Positions 40,438 through 54,729 of a stretch of DNA of 64,000 bases are shown here, piece by piece. Made by a program: the position numbers and the translations under genes. Location of the stretch: positions 60,018,001 through 60,082,000 of the forward strand of contig NC_087436.1 of the NCBI RefSeq assembly GCF_036321535.1, read 5' to 3'. The notes under the pieces were generated by a model. It made no database searches. It was not told the DNA's origin and saw nothing but the letters and a program-made list of their open reading frames with translations. How positions within the stretch are numbered: the first letter of the stretch is position 1; each line of letters opens with the position of its first letter. The stretch comes from Camelus dromedarius (Eukaryota).

Positions 40438-41205
40438 AAAAAAGCCATATAACAAGCCCATAGCTAACATAATATGCAACAATGAAAAGTGGAAAGTTTT
40501 TCCTCTAACATCAGGAACAAAAACAAGAATGGCAATTCTCACCACTTCTACTCAACATAGAACTCGAAGTCCTAATCTGAGCAATTAGACAAGAAAAAGA
40601 AATAAAAGGCATCAAAATCAGAGAGGAAGAAGGAAAACTGTCTCTGTTTGCAGATGACATAATCTTACATATAAGAAAGCCTAAGGACTCTACCAAAAAC
40701 CTGTTAAAACCAATAAATGAATTCAGTAAAACTGCAGGATACAAAATCAACATAAAAAGTCAGCTGCATTTCAATACACTAACAACAAGCCATCTGAAAA
40801 AAGACAGAAGACAAATTCTTTTACAATAACAGAAAAAACAATAAAATACTTAGAAATAAACTTAACCAAGGAAGTGAAGGATTTCTGAACTGAAACCTGT
40901 AATACATTGATGAAAGAAATTGAAGAAAACACAAATAAATGGAAATATATCTTCTGTTTGTGGACTGGAAGAAATAATATTGTTAAAATGTCCATACTAA
41001 GATCTGTAGATTCAATGCAACCCCTATTAAAGTTTCAATTACATTTTTCACATCAATTAAAAAAACCCTAAAATTCATAGAGAACCATAAAAGACCCTGA
41101 ATAGCTAAAGCATTCTTAAGAAAGAACAAAGCTGGAGGCAATACATTCCCGTTTCAAACTATATAACAAAACTATAATAATCAATACAGTATGATACTGG
41201 CATAA
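40438..41205 (+). mobile_element. L1 ORF2 reverse-transcriptase-region fragment (degenerate)
   Basis: Encodes IRQEKEIKGIKI...LSLFADDIILHIRKPKDSTKNLL...GYKINI, including the FADD motif near 40645-40660. Confidence 0.9.
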
Positions 41206-41699
41206 TAGAAGCATATATCAAATTATGATAATGTATAACTTTAGTTTTTTCTAGTCTTTAGAAATTTACATAATTCATACTATAATTTTAGAAATTTTAT
41301 CAAGTTTAAGTGGTATGTAATGGCTTCTAACTATGCAAGATTAAAAAAAAGAACAGTGTATTTATATTCCTTTTGGCTTCTCCCTTCTACCTCATAATTT
41401 TGAATTTGTATTAATATTATTGTTGCTGCTGTTATTGATGGTACATTGTTTGGGCTTATAATATTTACATTCTGTACTACCTTTTGACAAAGCCCTGTCA
41501 ACCAAGCTATGAAGGGAAAAGGTTTTCCTTAGAAAACAAACACAAAAAAGGAATGAATTAACTTTAAACACACACATTCATGCACACACAAAGGTACACA
41601 TACATGGACATGCATACACATATATTTTTAATCTAATCCATTCCCCTTTTTTAAAAAGCAAAATCTTACTCATTCTGATCCTGGTTGACAGAATTTCAT

Positions 41700-43200
41700 T
41701 TGTTTTTGGTTTTTCTCAAAGTGATCATGGGTGTCACCTTGCCTTAGTTTCTACCTGTCTGAGCATTTTGATTGCCTCTATTCAAACGACAATTTAGATG
41801 TGTGTAAACTCTCGGATTGTACTATTTGTTCCTCAGGATTTCATACCTATTAATTCATTATCTTATGGCATTGGTGTTCTTCTGCAGAAGTCTGAGGATC
41901 ATCATAAATGTTTTCCTTTTGAAAAAGATTTGAGATTAATACCTGAAAACTTGTAAAATTCTTTATTTTTGAATTTCAGAAATTTTATACGCAATCCTGC
42001 CAATCATTTTGTAATAAATTTCCTGAAATACTGTAACCCTTTTAATCCAAACTATTACTTTTCTTTTATTTCAGTAACTTTCTATGGCAGTAAATACTTG
42101 AGGCCTTTTTTCTGTTCAAATGTGTTAAGTTCTTTACTTCATAGACCCCATCATGCTTATTTCAAATGTTGTCCATTGAGTTGTTATTTTAATTGTTGCT
42201 GTATCCCTCCACATTCAATTGGACTATTCTCTGGAAACTTCCATTTCTGTCATCAACTCAGTTTTCAGCCATAACTTTCAAATCATTTATAATGATTATG
42301 AAATTAATCCTGCAAAGGCCTTGCTGTTTTTTTTCCTCATTTTATATTCTTAGTTCCAGAAATTCTACTTTTTTATATTGATATATTCTTTTATCTTTGA
42401 TGCCTTACTTTAAAATTAATTTCTCCTTTGCATTTCTCTTTCAGTTCTTTTTTCCTTAGGCTTTTCTAAAGACAAAATATGATTAGCTAAAACTTAATAA
42501 GCACTGGCTACCCACTAGATACTGTACTTCATATAGTAATACGTTTAATTTTCCTACAAAAATCCTGGAGGAAAATGCTAATATTATCCTCATATTAGAT
42601 ATGACAAAACTAAAACACAGAAGCATTAAGTTACTTGCTTAAGATCACCCTGGGATCTGGCATTCCACCCCATCAGTCTGGCTTATAAAGACTGAGTGCT
42701 TAGTCACTGCACTAAAATGCACAGTTCTTGTGTGAAATTTTCTTCCGTTTATTGTTGTTTTTGCTGCTGTTGTTGTTTTCCAGAATGAAATATTTTTATC
42801 TTTTTTCCAGAATGTATTTTGGATGTTTGCTGTTTATTCTATTCTTCATTCCTTTCCTTCATCTTTTTGATTTAGTAGTAGATAACTAGAATTTCCTCAT
42901 TTACTTTTATATCTCATTCCTTTTTTTTTATGTTGATAATTCTGTTGGTATTATACAATTGTTCCAAACTAGTGCACATGAATTTTTATTCCTGTCCATA
43001 ATAATTGCTTTCCCTTCTGGAGGAACTTCATTTTAAATGCGTGGTATTGTATGGTCACAGGTTAAGAGAATATTCTGTCTGTTTTGATTTTCATGACATC
43101 CACACATTTCATTGAATTTTGTAGTAAGGGAATTCCGTGATCTCTCTTCATTCAGTCATCTTACCACAAAAGACTACCAACTGACTATATGTGGTTGGTT
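41700..43200 (-). mobile_element. Ancient L1-ORF1/HAL1-like fragment with a nested MIR (about 42480-42720)
   Basis: T-rich antisense ORF1-like text ('gcagaagtctgaggatc'); MIR core 'ttatcctcatattagatatgacaaaactaaaacacagaagcattaagttacttgcttaagatcac'. Confidence 0.5.
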
Positions 43201-45419
43201 TCTAAGAATACCCACTTTTGGTTCAGCCAATTAAATTGTTATGTATAAAATTTACAAAACAGTCTGGATTATATCATTTAAATCTACTTTGCACTGGGCA
43301 TAATAAAAAACTTAAGTAATTAAACTCTTGCATTAAATACATTGTTTAAAATAAATAATGATGTTGATTCTAAAGTGATTAAAATACTGAAATCTTTATC
43401 TTCAGTTGTTATAAAGGATCCTGAATATAAAGCAGTCTTTTTATTTGGAAACAGAATTGTAATTTTATAAAAAAAAATGGCTAATGATGAATGACAGTAA
43501 CATCATGAAAATAGTATCATGATAACTATTCTATTGCCACTATTTAAAATTTTACTGTTACCATGGCTATGAATATTGAACATCTTAATTGGTAATCAAG
43601 ATTTAAATCATTCTTTGGTTTTGTCTTTACAGAAACATTGAGCTTTATGATTTTTGGCTTTGAAATTTAATTTTTGGCCAAGACTATCTAGGAAAAAAAT
43701 AGATAAAAATACCATAGAATGCAATAAACTATTATTCTACATACTATTAATTTCATAATAATATGCTAAATGGGTAACTAAAGCAAAGATAATCTTACAA
43801 ATACAACTAATGATGCCAAGAAAAAAGACTGTAGGAATATTTATATATATATTTAAACAATTTAAAACAATCAAAAAGTCTTTAAACTACAAACTTTGCA
43901 CGTTGACTAATTCAGGTAGAAATTGAGAGAGATAAGTGGAAGAAAAATGTGAGAACTATCTATATATCTATACATATACATATATATGCACACATATATA
44001 CACACACTTTCACATACACTCCTCTGCTCAGAGCCAGGCTTACTGGCCTCACCTGTGATCATTTGCCTTGTATTATTTTCCCAATTTTTCCTCTTCCTCT
44101 ACTCTGCTTTCCAATTTCCCCCCTTTTTTTTTTTAACCTATTTTAACAATTCTGTGATTTTTTTTTAGTCTATTTCCCATGAAAATTTTAAAAAAGAGAA
44201 GTCATGGAGCAAGATCTGGATGAATATTTTTAAATAAGTGTATTTAAATATTTAAAGTAAAATTAGCTGGATTTTTAAAATATAAAGTATTACTTAAGAT
44301 ATAAAACTACTGATACTTTTTACTATATAAGCTCTGTGTAATGTTTGGGCTGATTTTTAGTAAAAAGTTGGCTTTAGAAGTTACTCCATCGCTTACATTT
44401 TCACCAAATTATAAATAAAATATCAAGTTTTTAAAACTGTAATTTTCTTCTATCTTGTAATACTAGAGCACCATCTATTTTAGTAGTTTTCAACCTTTCA
44501 TTCCATCTGGTAATTTATACAATTTTCAAATTTCTATCACTAAAGACAGTTAACTTCAATCTTTGGTAATAAATAGGATTGGGGTTTGTATGGAAAATGT
44601 GAGTAGAGGGAGATTTAGGATTCCCTGTTTGGAGGAAAGAGGCAGGTAATTCAAAAAGGCTCACATTTTCTACTCTCCACACCCCTCTTCTAACCCCAGG
44701 AGTCAACATTATTGTCTATCAAAAGGCAAAAATGTAGGTGTCACACAGAAATTGTTTTTAATTTGGGTATAAAGTTCTTTCTTCCCACCAAGTTACAAGA
44801 AAAAAGACAGAATTTATAAACTCAATTTACTAAAGCAAGATCATTTCCTACTTTTGTTCTTCCACTTGCTTTCCAACATGGAAAAAAAGTTTATAAGGGC
44901 AACTTTAAAATAACAAATGCTACTTTTGAAAAAGTAACAAAGCAAAGGGTATCCCTAAACAGTTTTTTCAAGAGATACTGCAACAGTATAAATATGATAT
45001 TACCATCAAAATTATTTTGCATTATTTTCCCATCTCTCTGTAGAATAAACATGTTTTCAAAAGATAATTCTTCCACACTCTAGCTGGCAACATTAGATGA
45101 CTACAGAAAAGCTCTAATACAATAGCAGTTGGGAAAACAAACTGGAGACAATCACATTAAAGAAAATTGTACAATATTTTAAGTTTGAAATTGTAGGTTA
45201 TAAATTAGTAATAAAATAATTTCACTGTGTATTGTTTCATAGATTTTCAAGTCTACGTTTACCAAATCACAGCTAACATGACAAGTTGTATTTGGGTAAG
45301 CAGTGTTTGGGGTTCTTTTTTTTTTTTTGGAATAAATTTCTCAAACACATGAGTACACTAAAGTCAGAAAATGTAAAACAAAAGAAAAATCCCTGAAGTT
45401 CTGGCATACTTTAGGGACC

Positions 45420-45900
45420 ACATACTGATCAACAAGCATTTATGTAGCACCTATTATATGCCAAAAATTCTGTTAGTATCCCTTCAGGATTTACAATACT
45501 AAAATGAAAAAGAAAAAAACCCCACAATTTAACAGACAAAAGATATTCCTGTTCCCAGGGTGCCTACTGTTTATTTAGAGAAATAATAAAATCAGATGAT
45601 TACAAAGTACTATGACAAATGCTTGATTAGAAACTGGCAAGAAGAGAACTGCTCTAAAATTTGTCAGTCTCAACTGGAAAACAAGGACTGGGGCATTTCA
45701 ACTTTATTTCCTTCACACATATTGAGTCCCAGCTTTGCCATATATGAGCTGTGCAACCTGAGGCAAGTTATTTACCTTCTTAGTGCCTCTGCTGTCTCAC
45801 ATGTAAAACAGGGATAAAAGAATCATTATGTGAATTAATGCATTAATACTTGTAAACAATAGTAGGTACAATATTAAATGTTAAATAAATATTTGAGATC
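45420..45900. mobile_element. L2 fragment (minus, about 45420-45620) and MIR (plus, about 45720-45900)
   Basis: 'tcaacaagcatttatgtagcacctattatatgcca'; 'gagtcccagctttgccatatatgagctgtgcaacctgaggcaagttatttacctt'. Confidence 0.7.
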
Positions 45901-46613
45901 CATTCACTTTAAATGATAATGTATAGTTGCTCAATTTGCAATTTTCCTAGGACAAATCTACAAATCCACAGATTGACAAAATTAATGTATTCACACAACT
46001 TAGAAGGCATTTTCTGTATGAAGCTATTAATGTCATACTATACTTACTGCAAAGGAACAAAGCCTGGTTCATTGTAATCAAACTGCAGCCCTTAGAGTGA
46101 TGCCTTGATACTTTATGAAAAGCTCCTGGAAGTCAGAAATAAGGAGACTGAGGATCAAAAACCACCACAGGGATACCTGTGGTTGGGATGACCATATTGA
46201 GTCAGAGCCAGAAAAGTGGAGAAACCAGTGGGAAAGGAAGGAAATTGTTGGAAAGCATGTAGTAGGAACTGTTTTCTAACTAACTTGGTCGCACTCTAAT
46301 ATTCTGAAGAAAGAGATTTAAGAACTAGATATGTGATATTTTTGTAATCAATATGTGATCATTTTCAGTAAATCCTTGCCTTTGGTCTCTCTAAATCAAG
46401 AAATTTAGGTACATAATTGATGTTTCTAAACCATTTTATTACCATCATTTTTTACCTTTTTGGTGATAACTGAAAAACACCAAATGTTTTCTTAAATTGT
46501 AGATATAGTTTTAACTGGATGAGTTTATGTTACACATCTTTTGTGTACCATTTTGGCATGCTGAGTTGTTTTTCACCAAAACTCCCTCTGTTCCCTTGAT
46601 CCATGTCAAGAAC

Positions 46614-47112
46614 TGTGAGGGATCTGAGACTGTACTATATGTGCTGGTATTATCTGGCCAAACTTTAGTTTTATGAATGCTGATGTAAGATACAAGATCT
46701 CTGTATCAGAAACAAAGGACATTATTACTCATGGCAGTAGTAATAACAAGAATGTCAACATCTGCATGGGTTCTCTGAGCCCTAATTCTCACAGAGTGTC
46801 ACACAGAGGGCCAAAAGATGCCTGCACACACACAGGGGTGTACCAAAAGAGAGCAACACCGAGCTGAGAGCACTTGAATCCTTTAAAGTGGAAAGTAAGT
46901 TTGCCTAAACTTTGCCCTAGAGGGAGCTATGATTACAGTGAGGAAAAAAACAAATCTGCTTTTTGTTCAGGAGAGAGGCACTAAATATATCTTCTAAGAC
47001 AGACTTCACTATACAAACATCCTTGAAAAAGTAGTGTGAAATCTAAGGCAGACAGGAAGATTTGTGTCTCTGCTCCCAAGAAACAAACGAGATCCATGAA
47101 GTATCTCCCAAC
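46614..47112 (-). mobile_element. LTR40-like solo LTR
   Basis: TGTGAGGGATCTGAGA...'cagaaacaaaggacattattactcatggcagtag'...'gagatccatgaagtatctcccaaca'; homologous to the LTRs at 29960 and 33042. Confidence 0.75.
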
Positions 47113-48299
47113 AGCCTCCAGGTCTATCATAATACTGATTAAGAGTTTAGTCTAGACTTATTTTGAGGAATAAGCTGTCTTTTCCCATTTGAAGGTAATT
47201 CAAAGTTCCTGAGAACAGCCAAAGAAGATAAATAGAATGAAATGTTGTAAGTTTATTTAAGCTAGATGTTGTAGAACATATAGGAAATAAAGGGGGCAGA
47301 AGAAGGAACAGAAGCAAATAATAGAGTAACAGAAGCCACACAACTCCCAATGGTTGCTGACAGTTATACAGTATTACACACACCTACTGTATTCTGAGAC
47401 TTGAAGTAATAATAAAATTAGTAGCAGTTATTATCTCAATCCTCATAAGTACACACACATTTTTCACATACGCATATGCTTATTTCTGCTTTGTACATGA
47501 AGAAACTGAGGCTGAATTTTGTCATATGTCACACAATGGCAAAACCAGAATTGAAAACCAAAAATTTAGTAATTTACTTTTTAACTACTATGATAAAGTA
47601 TTTCCCTACTACTGCGGAGAAAGCATTGTATACGTTTGAACAGTGCCAGTCTTCGGAAATAAAAAGAACAGGTTTTCATGTTGCTGGAAAACTGCATTTG
47701 ATTTATTTTGAGAAACTTACATTCCAAGTATGTTGTGATATGAACTATGGGTATACAGATATGTGGAGTTGTATAAATTAATACAGTAAAAATCATTCTA
47801 TTTTGTTTCTCTTGATTATGGTTTCAAAGTAAATTAAAATATTATGATAAAAGTAGAGTGCTGTAAACGAACTTAATTTTAATGTTAAGTACTACATTGA
47901 AAATGCACATAATTTTTACCTGAAGGAATACAAGTTTTATTGTATGCTAATTTATAGGCAATATATTGACCATTATCAGGTAGGGATGGGTAGCTCCTGA
48001 CAGAAACACAACCACAAAGAGCCCCTTTCTGCTGAATTTACTCTTGAACCTCACCAGACAAAACACCAGAAAAGAATGATGAGCCGTCCACATCTCCAAG
48101 ATCACTGCTTTACAGAACAAACATATGCCCCAAATGTAGGTGTTTTTTGATTATCTAAGTGCAGATTACTGACTGCACAATTTGTCTACCACAAAACTAT
48201 AGTCAAGGCTGATCACACCCTACAAACCATCACAGTTTCACGTTCTCTAGAGGTTATGTGCTCAATAAATAGAAACTACTGGTTCTAGAAAATAAATAA

Positions 48300-49370
48300 G
48301 GATCTTCTAAGGAATTTAACGATGCTTTTCTAAAGTACATAATGATAACTAACTTTTATAGTAGTTTACAATTTTAAAGCATTTTCAAACATTGTATTTT
48401 ATTCAAAATTGTTTAATTAGCATCATTCCCCCTTTGAGTAATGTGAACTAATGATTGTTTACACCATTTCCTCTCCCTGGATGGTCTTCCTTCTATTACT
48501 GCAATCCAAATCTTACTTACTATTCAAGGCTCAATTAAAATATAATCTCTTCCGTTAATCCTTCTCAGCAGTATTCAGGCATGTTGTGTCTTCTCTCTGA
48601 ATTCATAATGCATCTTGCCTTATAATGCTCATTGGGCAATTGAACACATGTGTCATGTGACCAAATTACTGTCATCACATGTTATTTAACTATCTTTTAA
48701 TGAATTTTACAGATATAGCTCCAAATTTTTTTGAGTGTCTAATGGATGAAGTGATCATTTATAATTCCTGGCATCTTCTATGATGACCTAAGTGCCTTTG
48801 AGGTAATCAATAAATATTTGTTGATTATTATTTTTAATTAAGTATTTACAATCTCCATCTCAACCATGTCTCTGTCATGTTTCCAACACAACTGAAATTA
48901 TAGACATTCTACTAAAATTTTATCTTTACTATTATAAAAACTTCAAATTTGTTTCTCCTTCAAATTAATTTTCTGCCTAAAACATCAACTATCCTTTATT
49001 TTAATAATATAACTCACATTATATTATGATAAATTAGGCAATAAAAATCAACATAAAATATCAACTTAACTTCTTTTCCTACTAAAATTTAAGATCTATT
49101 TTTAAATGTACTAGTCCACAAATATTTCTCAAGTACTGAATACATTATTTTCAAATTATTATTAGAAAAGATAAAATTAGTAACATTTATTGAAAATTAT
49201 TTGGTACCAGGAACTGTTTGTAAGAACTTTTATGTATTAACAAGTAACATAAATAATTTCAAATTTTAGGTGAGAAAAATGTGATTAAGTAATCTGGCCA
49301 AATCCTTACAGCTAGTTAGTGGTGGTAGAGAGTGACCTGACTCTAGACAGAAGCACTTTGACCACACGGA
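48300..49370. mobile_element. MIR and L2 fragments (MIR about 48340-48450, L2 about 48460-48830, MIR about 49170-49370)
   Basis: L2 end 'aggtaatcaataaatatttgttga'; MIR 'gattaagtaatctggccaaatccttacagctagttagtgg'. Confidence 0.55.
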
Positions 49371-50094
49371 GTACATATCTTTGCTTTTTTTTATCTAAAA
49401 CTAAAATGCTTTATTTTAAAACTAAAACCTAAGTTGAGGTAATTTAAATATGTAAAAGTAAACCAAATGTTCAGAAAACAAAAAGATTATCATATTGAGG
49501 TGACTATCTGACATATTGTATTATTTACACTCATTTTCAAACATCTTTCGTCAAAATGTTATTTTACAAAAAGTTTTGAGGGTTTTGGTTTTTTTTTTCC
49601 TTGTTGCATACTTACAATTAAGCTTCAGCTAAGAACTGAGATATCTCAGCAAGGTTCTATTGATTAGGTTTCAAAATCAGATGATTCCCAAGGACTCCAT
49701 ATTTTTTAAGTACTTTATAGAAGGTTGATTTAATCATTGAAGTAATAGTTTTGATGGTAAGGACAGGGTAATTTTCTCCCTTTCTGATAAAAATATTTTG
49801 AGTATCATTATTAGAGACTTATTTTCAATAAAGCTTTAGAAGTTGAGAAGCAGAAAATGACCTTTTACTCTTCATTGCTAGTGAAGGAACTGGCCTGCTA
49901 AATAAGACCAGTGAAACAAAAGTAGAAACATATATCCAGCCATTAGTGATCAATTCTTTTTGTGACAAACACTAGGATTCTTCAAAACTTAAGCTTATTA
50001 CTTGACCTCAACCAATGAATCAACATTCTTTTCTTTAACGCAGTCCCTGGTTACCTTTTTCTATAAGTGAAAATACCATTAAGAATGATGAATG

Positions 50095-51190
50095 CTTAGG
50101 TGGTACAAATTTGCAGTTACAAAATAAATGAGTCATGGGATGAAATGTACCATGTGGAGAATCTAATATCTTTGTATGGGGGATAAAGGTGGTCCAAAGT
50201 ATACAATTTCAGTTATAAGATAAATAAGTACTAGGGATATAATGTACAATATTATTAATATAACTAACACTGCTTTTTTATTAATTGAAATATAATTGAT
50301 TTATGACATTATATTAATCTCAGGTGTATAGCATAGTGATTCAGTATTTTTGCAGATTATATTCCATTACAAGATAAAGAATATAATTCTCTGTGCTGTA
50401 CAGTATTTTCGTGTTGCTTATCTATTTCCTATTTAGTAGTCTGTATCTGTTACTCCCATATACTCCCATACCCCTAATTTGTTCCGCCCTCTTCCCTCTC
50501 CCTTTGATGACCACAAGTTTGTTTTCTATATCTGTGAGTCTGTTTTTGTTTTGTATATACATTCATTTGTATTATTTTTAGATTCCACATATAAGTAATA
50601 TCATATAGTATTTGTCTTTCTCTGTCTTATTTCACTAAGCATAATACTCTCTAGGTACATCCACACTGCTGCAAGCGGCAGTATTTCATTCTTTTTTTAT
50701 GGCTGAGTAATACTCCACTGTGCATATATACCACATCATCTTAATCCAATCACGGTTGATTGACAATTACCCCTAACAGTTATCCCTTCCTTGAGAATGC
50801 AGGTGGAGTGTTCCAGGGGGAGTTTTAGTTTTTCCATGTATGCCCTATTTGAATTTTTTAAATAATGAAAATGGATTACTTTTCAAATCTACTTGTGCTG
50901 CCATGTCTTGCCTACTATAAATAGTGCTGCTAAGAATGCTGGGGTGCATGTGTCTCTTCAAACACTGCTGTATGTTATATAAGAAAGTTGTTGAGACAGT
51001 TAAGTGTTCACATTACAAGGGGAAATTTTTTTCTTTTTTCTTTCTTTTGTATCTATATGAGATTATGGATGTCACTAAACTTACTGAGGTAATCACTGCA
51101 TGCTGTATGTAAGTTAGGTCATTATGCTTAAACTTATACAAGCTGTATGCTGATTATATCTCAATACAACTGGAAGAAAAAATTTTAAAT
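50095..51190. mobile_element. Nested L1 3' ends: plus-strand old L1 interrupted by a minus-strand L1 (about 50274-50961)
   Basis: Host L1 text 'aactaacactgct' resumes 'aaacactgctgtatgttatat'; repeat AACACTGCT at 50265-50273 and 50962-50970. Confidence 0.8.
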
Positions 51191-51532
51191 AAAAAGATAT
51201 TTTATACATATTTTAGATATTTAATTCAGCTATTCTTTTTTCTAAAAAAAAAAGTAAGATAAAAGCTAAAAATCTTTCAGAGTCATGAATTTTAAATCCT
51301 AGAAAACCTCAGTTTCATCTTTTCTCAGGAGTACCTCTTCTCTGACATATCACAGTTCTACTATGTTCAAGTTTGGTTCCTTCACAAAAACACTTCTGGA
51401 TTATAACCACTTAGGTATTAGCAGAAAATAAGTTATAATTTATGTTTCAGTCAAAAGTCTTAACTGTATACTATTACTACACAAGAAACCAAGCATAAAA
51501 TTCACCCAAGATTGTGTCTTTTCCAAGTGCTA

Positions 51533-51551
51533 TACTGCCATCAAGTGGACC
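51533..51551 (-). promoter_or_regulatory. Candidate CTCF core motif
   Basis: Minus strand GGTCCACTTGATGGCAGTA. Confidence 0.4.
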
Positions 51552-52209
51552 ATAATAAAATTAACAGTTACAGAATACTGAAACCAAGTTCCTTTGATAG
51601 TTCGAAGTTCCTTCCTACACCTAATATGGGGAACTATATAAGAATACATAAACTACTTTTCAAAAATTATCTCAGAGGTGATTATTAAGTAATATTTTTA
51701 TATATTTGTTTTCAATGTAGCACTGAAATTCTACAATTGAATAAATTTATTCTGCAACAGAATAAAGTTTGGATGACAAAAAGGCAAAAGAATAAATAAG
51801 TTTTCTCATCATTCACTATTGATTTGAGAAGAGTAGACATCATCATTTTTAGTAGGCCCTTAAAAAGTAATTTTATAACCTACTTTAATCTTCCAAATGG
51901 AATTGACTGATCAGAATGTTTTCTGCAGGTCAATTTCTATACAAACTTACTTAGACAAGTTCACTTTATTTCTGCCTTAAATTCCCTAAAATTTCAAAAT
52001 ATGTAATATAGAAAATCCCTGTAAGTTACAGAGTTAATACTATAGATTTATTTATCTTGTTTGGCAGATTACACACCGTTTAGCTTCTCTTCTAAAATAC
52101 ATCAAGAAATTATTAAAGAAATGAAAAAAATATATTTAACGTATAGACTTATATGGTATCTGTGTTGGATAAATAGATCAGTTGATAATATTCAAATCCA
52201 ACAAAAACA

Positions 52210-53470
52210 AAGATAGTAGCTAGAATTTATTATTTCTCTATAGGTTATAAATTGATCATCTCATTCAGTCCTCACTTCAAATCTATGATGGTAAAATTCT
52301 GATTATGTAGTTAAAGAAACTGAGGCTTAGATATTTTAACTTGCTGTCCAAAAGTCACAAAACTAATAAATGTTTAAGGCACAGTAGTTTGATTCCCAAA
52401 TATTAGCTGTTAATCACTACAATGTAAAACTACAGAGCTTAATTTTTCACATAAAATTCATACAATTATCCACTTCAGCAAATTTTATAAATACAGTTAT
52501 TTCAACATTTCTCAATTTAAAATAACTGCATCATTACAACTGCACTAAATCCATTAGTTCTTAACATGAATAATTAGTGAATGAATAAATAGTTAATTCT
52601 TAAAAGGAAAATTCAAGCCTACATATAAGATGTGGGATGGAAGAAATACTATCAACCTTAAAGCACAGGAAGTTATAAAATAGTACAGCTACACAAATAC
52701 TAAAAAGCCCTAACACAGAATATATGCACATGCTACCTTCTGTATACTTTAATTTGTACAAACTGCTCATCTTATTGAAACAAACAGAGAAATTTGCCAG
52801 TATAACTACAGAAGTGTTCTTATGAATTATGTACTTTTGATAAAGATGTATGATGTCAAATGAATCAAATAATACAGTTAAAACTTCAAAATACAATGAT
52901 TTGCAGTTGGCCAATTAAGGCAATGGACCTGTCACCAATGCCTACCAAATGAGCCAATTCACATTTGACTATTTCTAACATGAGAGTAATCTCTGCATCC
53001 TAGCAAGGGGATAATTTATATTTACAATAATTCACGATAGCCCTTTGGCAGCCACAAGGCCCTGGGAAACCTTTTCTTTCCCATTGGTTCAGTAAGTGCA
53101 GAAGTTAGTAAATTCCACCACGAGACATATTAAATCAGCATCTGGGCAGATGCCAAGAACCAAGGTGATTTTTCTTTCAATAATGTTGCAAAACATATAA
53201 TTATAGGCTAAAAAGAATATTATATCTGCGCATATTCTCTATCTCATGGCCATGGAGTAGTGGAAAGAAGACGGGATCTTGAGTCTTAACCCATACCTCC
53301 TTGTCTCAGGTTCACCACTTACCAGTGTGTGAGAAATTCAACAAGTTAATTATCCTCTCTGAAATTTGGCTTTCCTCATCTGAAAATAACTCATATTTCA
53401 TTATATATGATGCTTACATGTAGATATTAATAGCCCTTACTTGTAAGATTATGAGATATTAACAAAAAAT
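52210..53470. mobile_element. MIR fragments (minus about 52210-52420; plus about 53250-53470) flanking unique sequence
   Basis: 'aaagaaactgaggcttagatattttaacttgc'; 'caagttaattatcctctctgaaatttggctttcctcatctgaaaat'. Confidence 0.6.
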
Positions 53471-54729
53471 CTGGGCCAGCAATATGATAACAACGTTGAT
53501 TAACTTAAATTAAATTACTGCCTGGATGATCTTTCTTTCTCTATAATTTGTTAGCTTCATCCTTCTGAGAAATGCATCTATTTAGTAAGTGGGAATGATA
53601 CGTTCCCATATCCAAAAGAAAAAATTTATAGGCACATATATTCCTTTAAAAGAGGATTTCTTTTTCATAGACACAGGTTAATATAATAGATGAGAACTGA
53701 TTCTTATCTAGAAGTCTTCAGTCAGTATGTCTTTAACTGGGTATGTGGTCTTGGAAAAATAAACTATTTGAGGCTGTCCTTTTAGCGGAGTTAAAGAGAT
53801 TGAATGAATGAGATGAGAAAGCGTGAAATGGTGAAACCAAGGAGAGTAATGTAGGTTGCTAAGGGGGGAAAATAAAGTTTTGTATTTAGAGAGAAATCTG
53901 TTTCTGATTAAGTAACAACAACAACAATATGAACTAGGAAGAATAAAGAAAATGAGAAAAGCCAACATTTGCAATATGGCAAAATTTTTAGTAGACATAG
54001 AATCTTTCTGCTAGAAAGTTATCTAAAGTTTATTTAAAAATTCTGGAGGCTTACACTGCTTGGTTATTATAATATTTAAAAGAATGGGAAAGTCTATGAA
54101 AACACCCAGCACAAGAACTGTCAAACAAGAGATATTAATACTTTTAATTGCATATCAATTTGAAGATTTGGAAGATAAGTTGTCCTTTGTTTTACATCTT
54201 TCATAAATCAAGAATCATTTGAAAGAAAATCACTAAAGAAGGCTGGTTCTATGAAAATTCATCTAATAAAATTCATTTTTGTAATCATTATAATCAATAG
54301 AATGTACTAGGATAGATCCAAAATATTACCTTTCAGTGAATAACTGAAGAGGAACTCTACCTAAGTTGCATTTAACTATGTACTAAATTTCTTATTTAAT
54401 TTCCTTGATACATCCGAAACATGGACTATATTATTACCTTCTGTTATTAACTTCAACAATGGTATAAAGGTGAAAATTTCTCTCAGTTAAAAACTATAAT
54501 TTGAGATTCACCACTCTGAGTTCCTCATAAAATAATATTTTTTTACTGTTAATATCCTTAGTATCCTATATCTATCCTTTTTAATCTCATATTTTTAATT
54601 TTCACATTTGCTGAATTACATCTTCTATACAAAAAAATAATATGAAAGCTTCAAACATGCAAATAAAGAGCTGAGGCTTAACATATTAACTCTTTAACAA
54701 ACTATTAGTATTTTTGTTGACATTGCATT

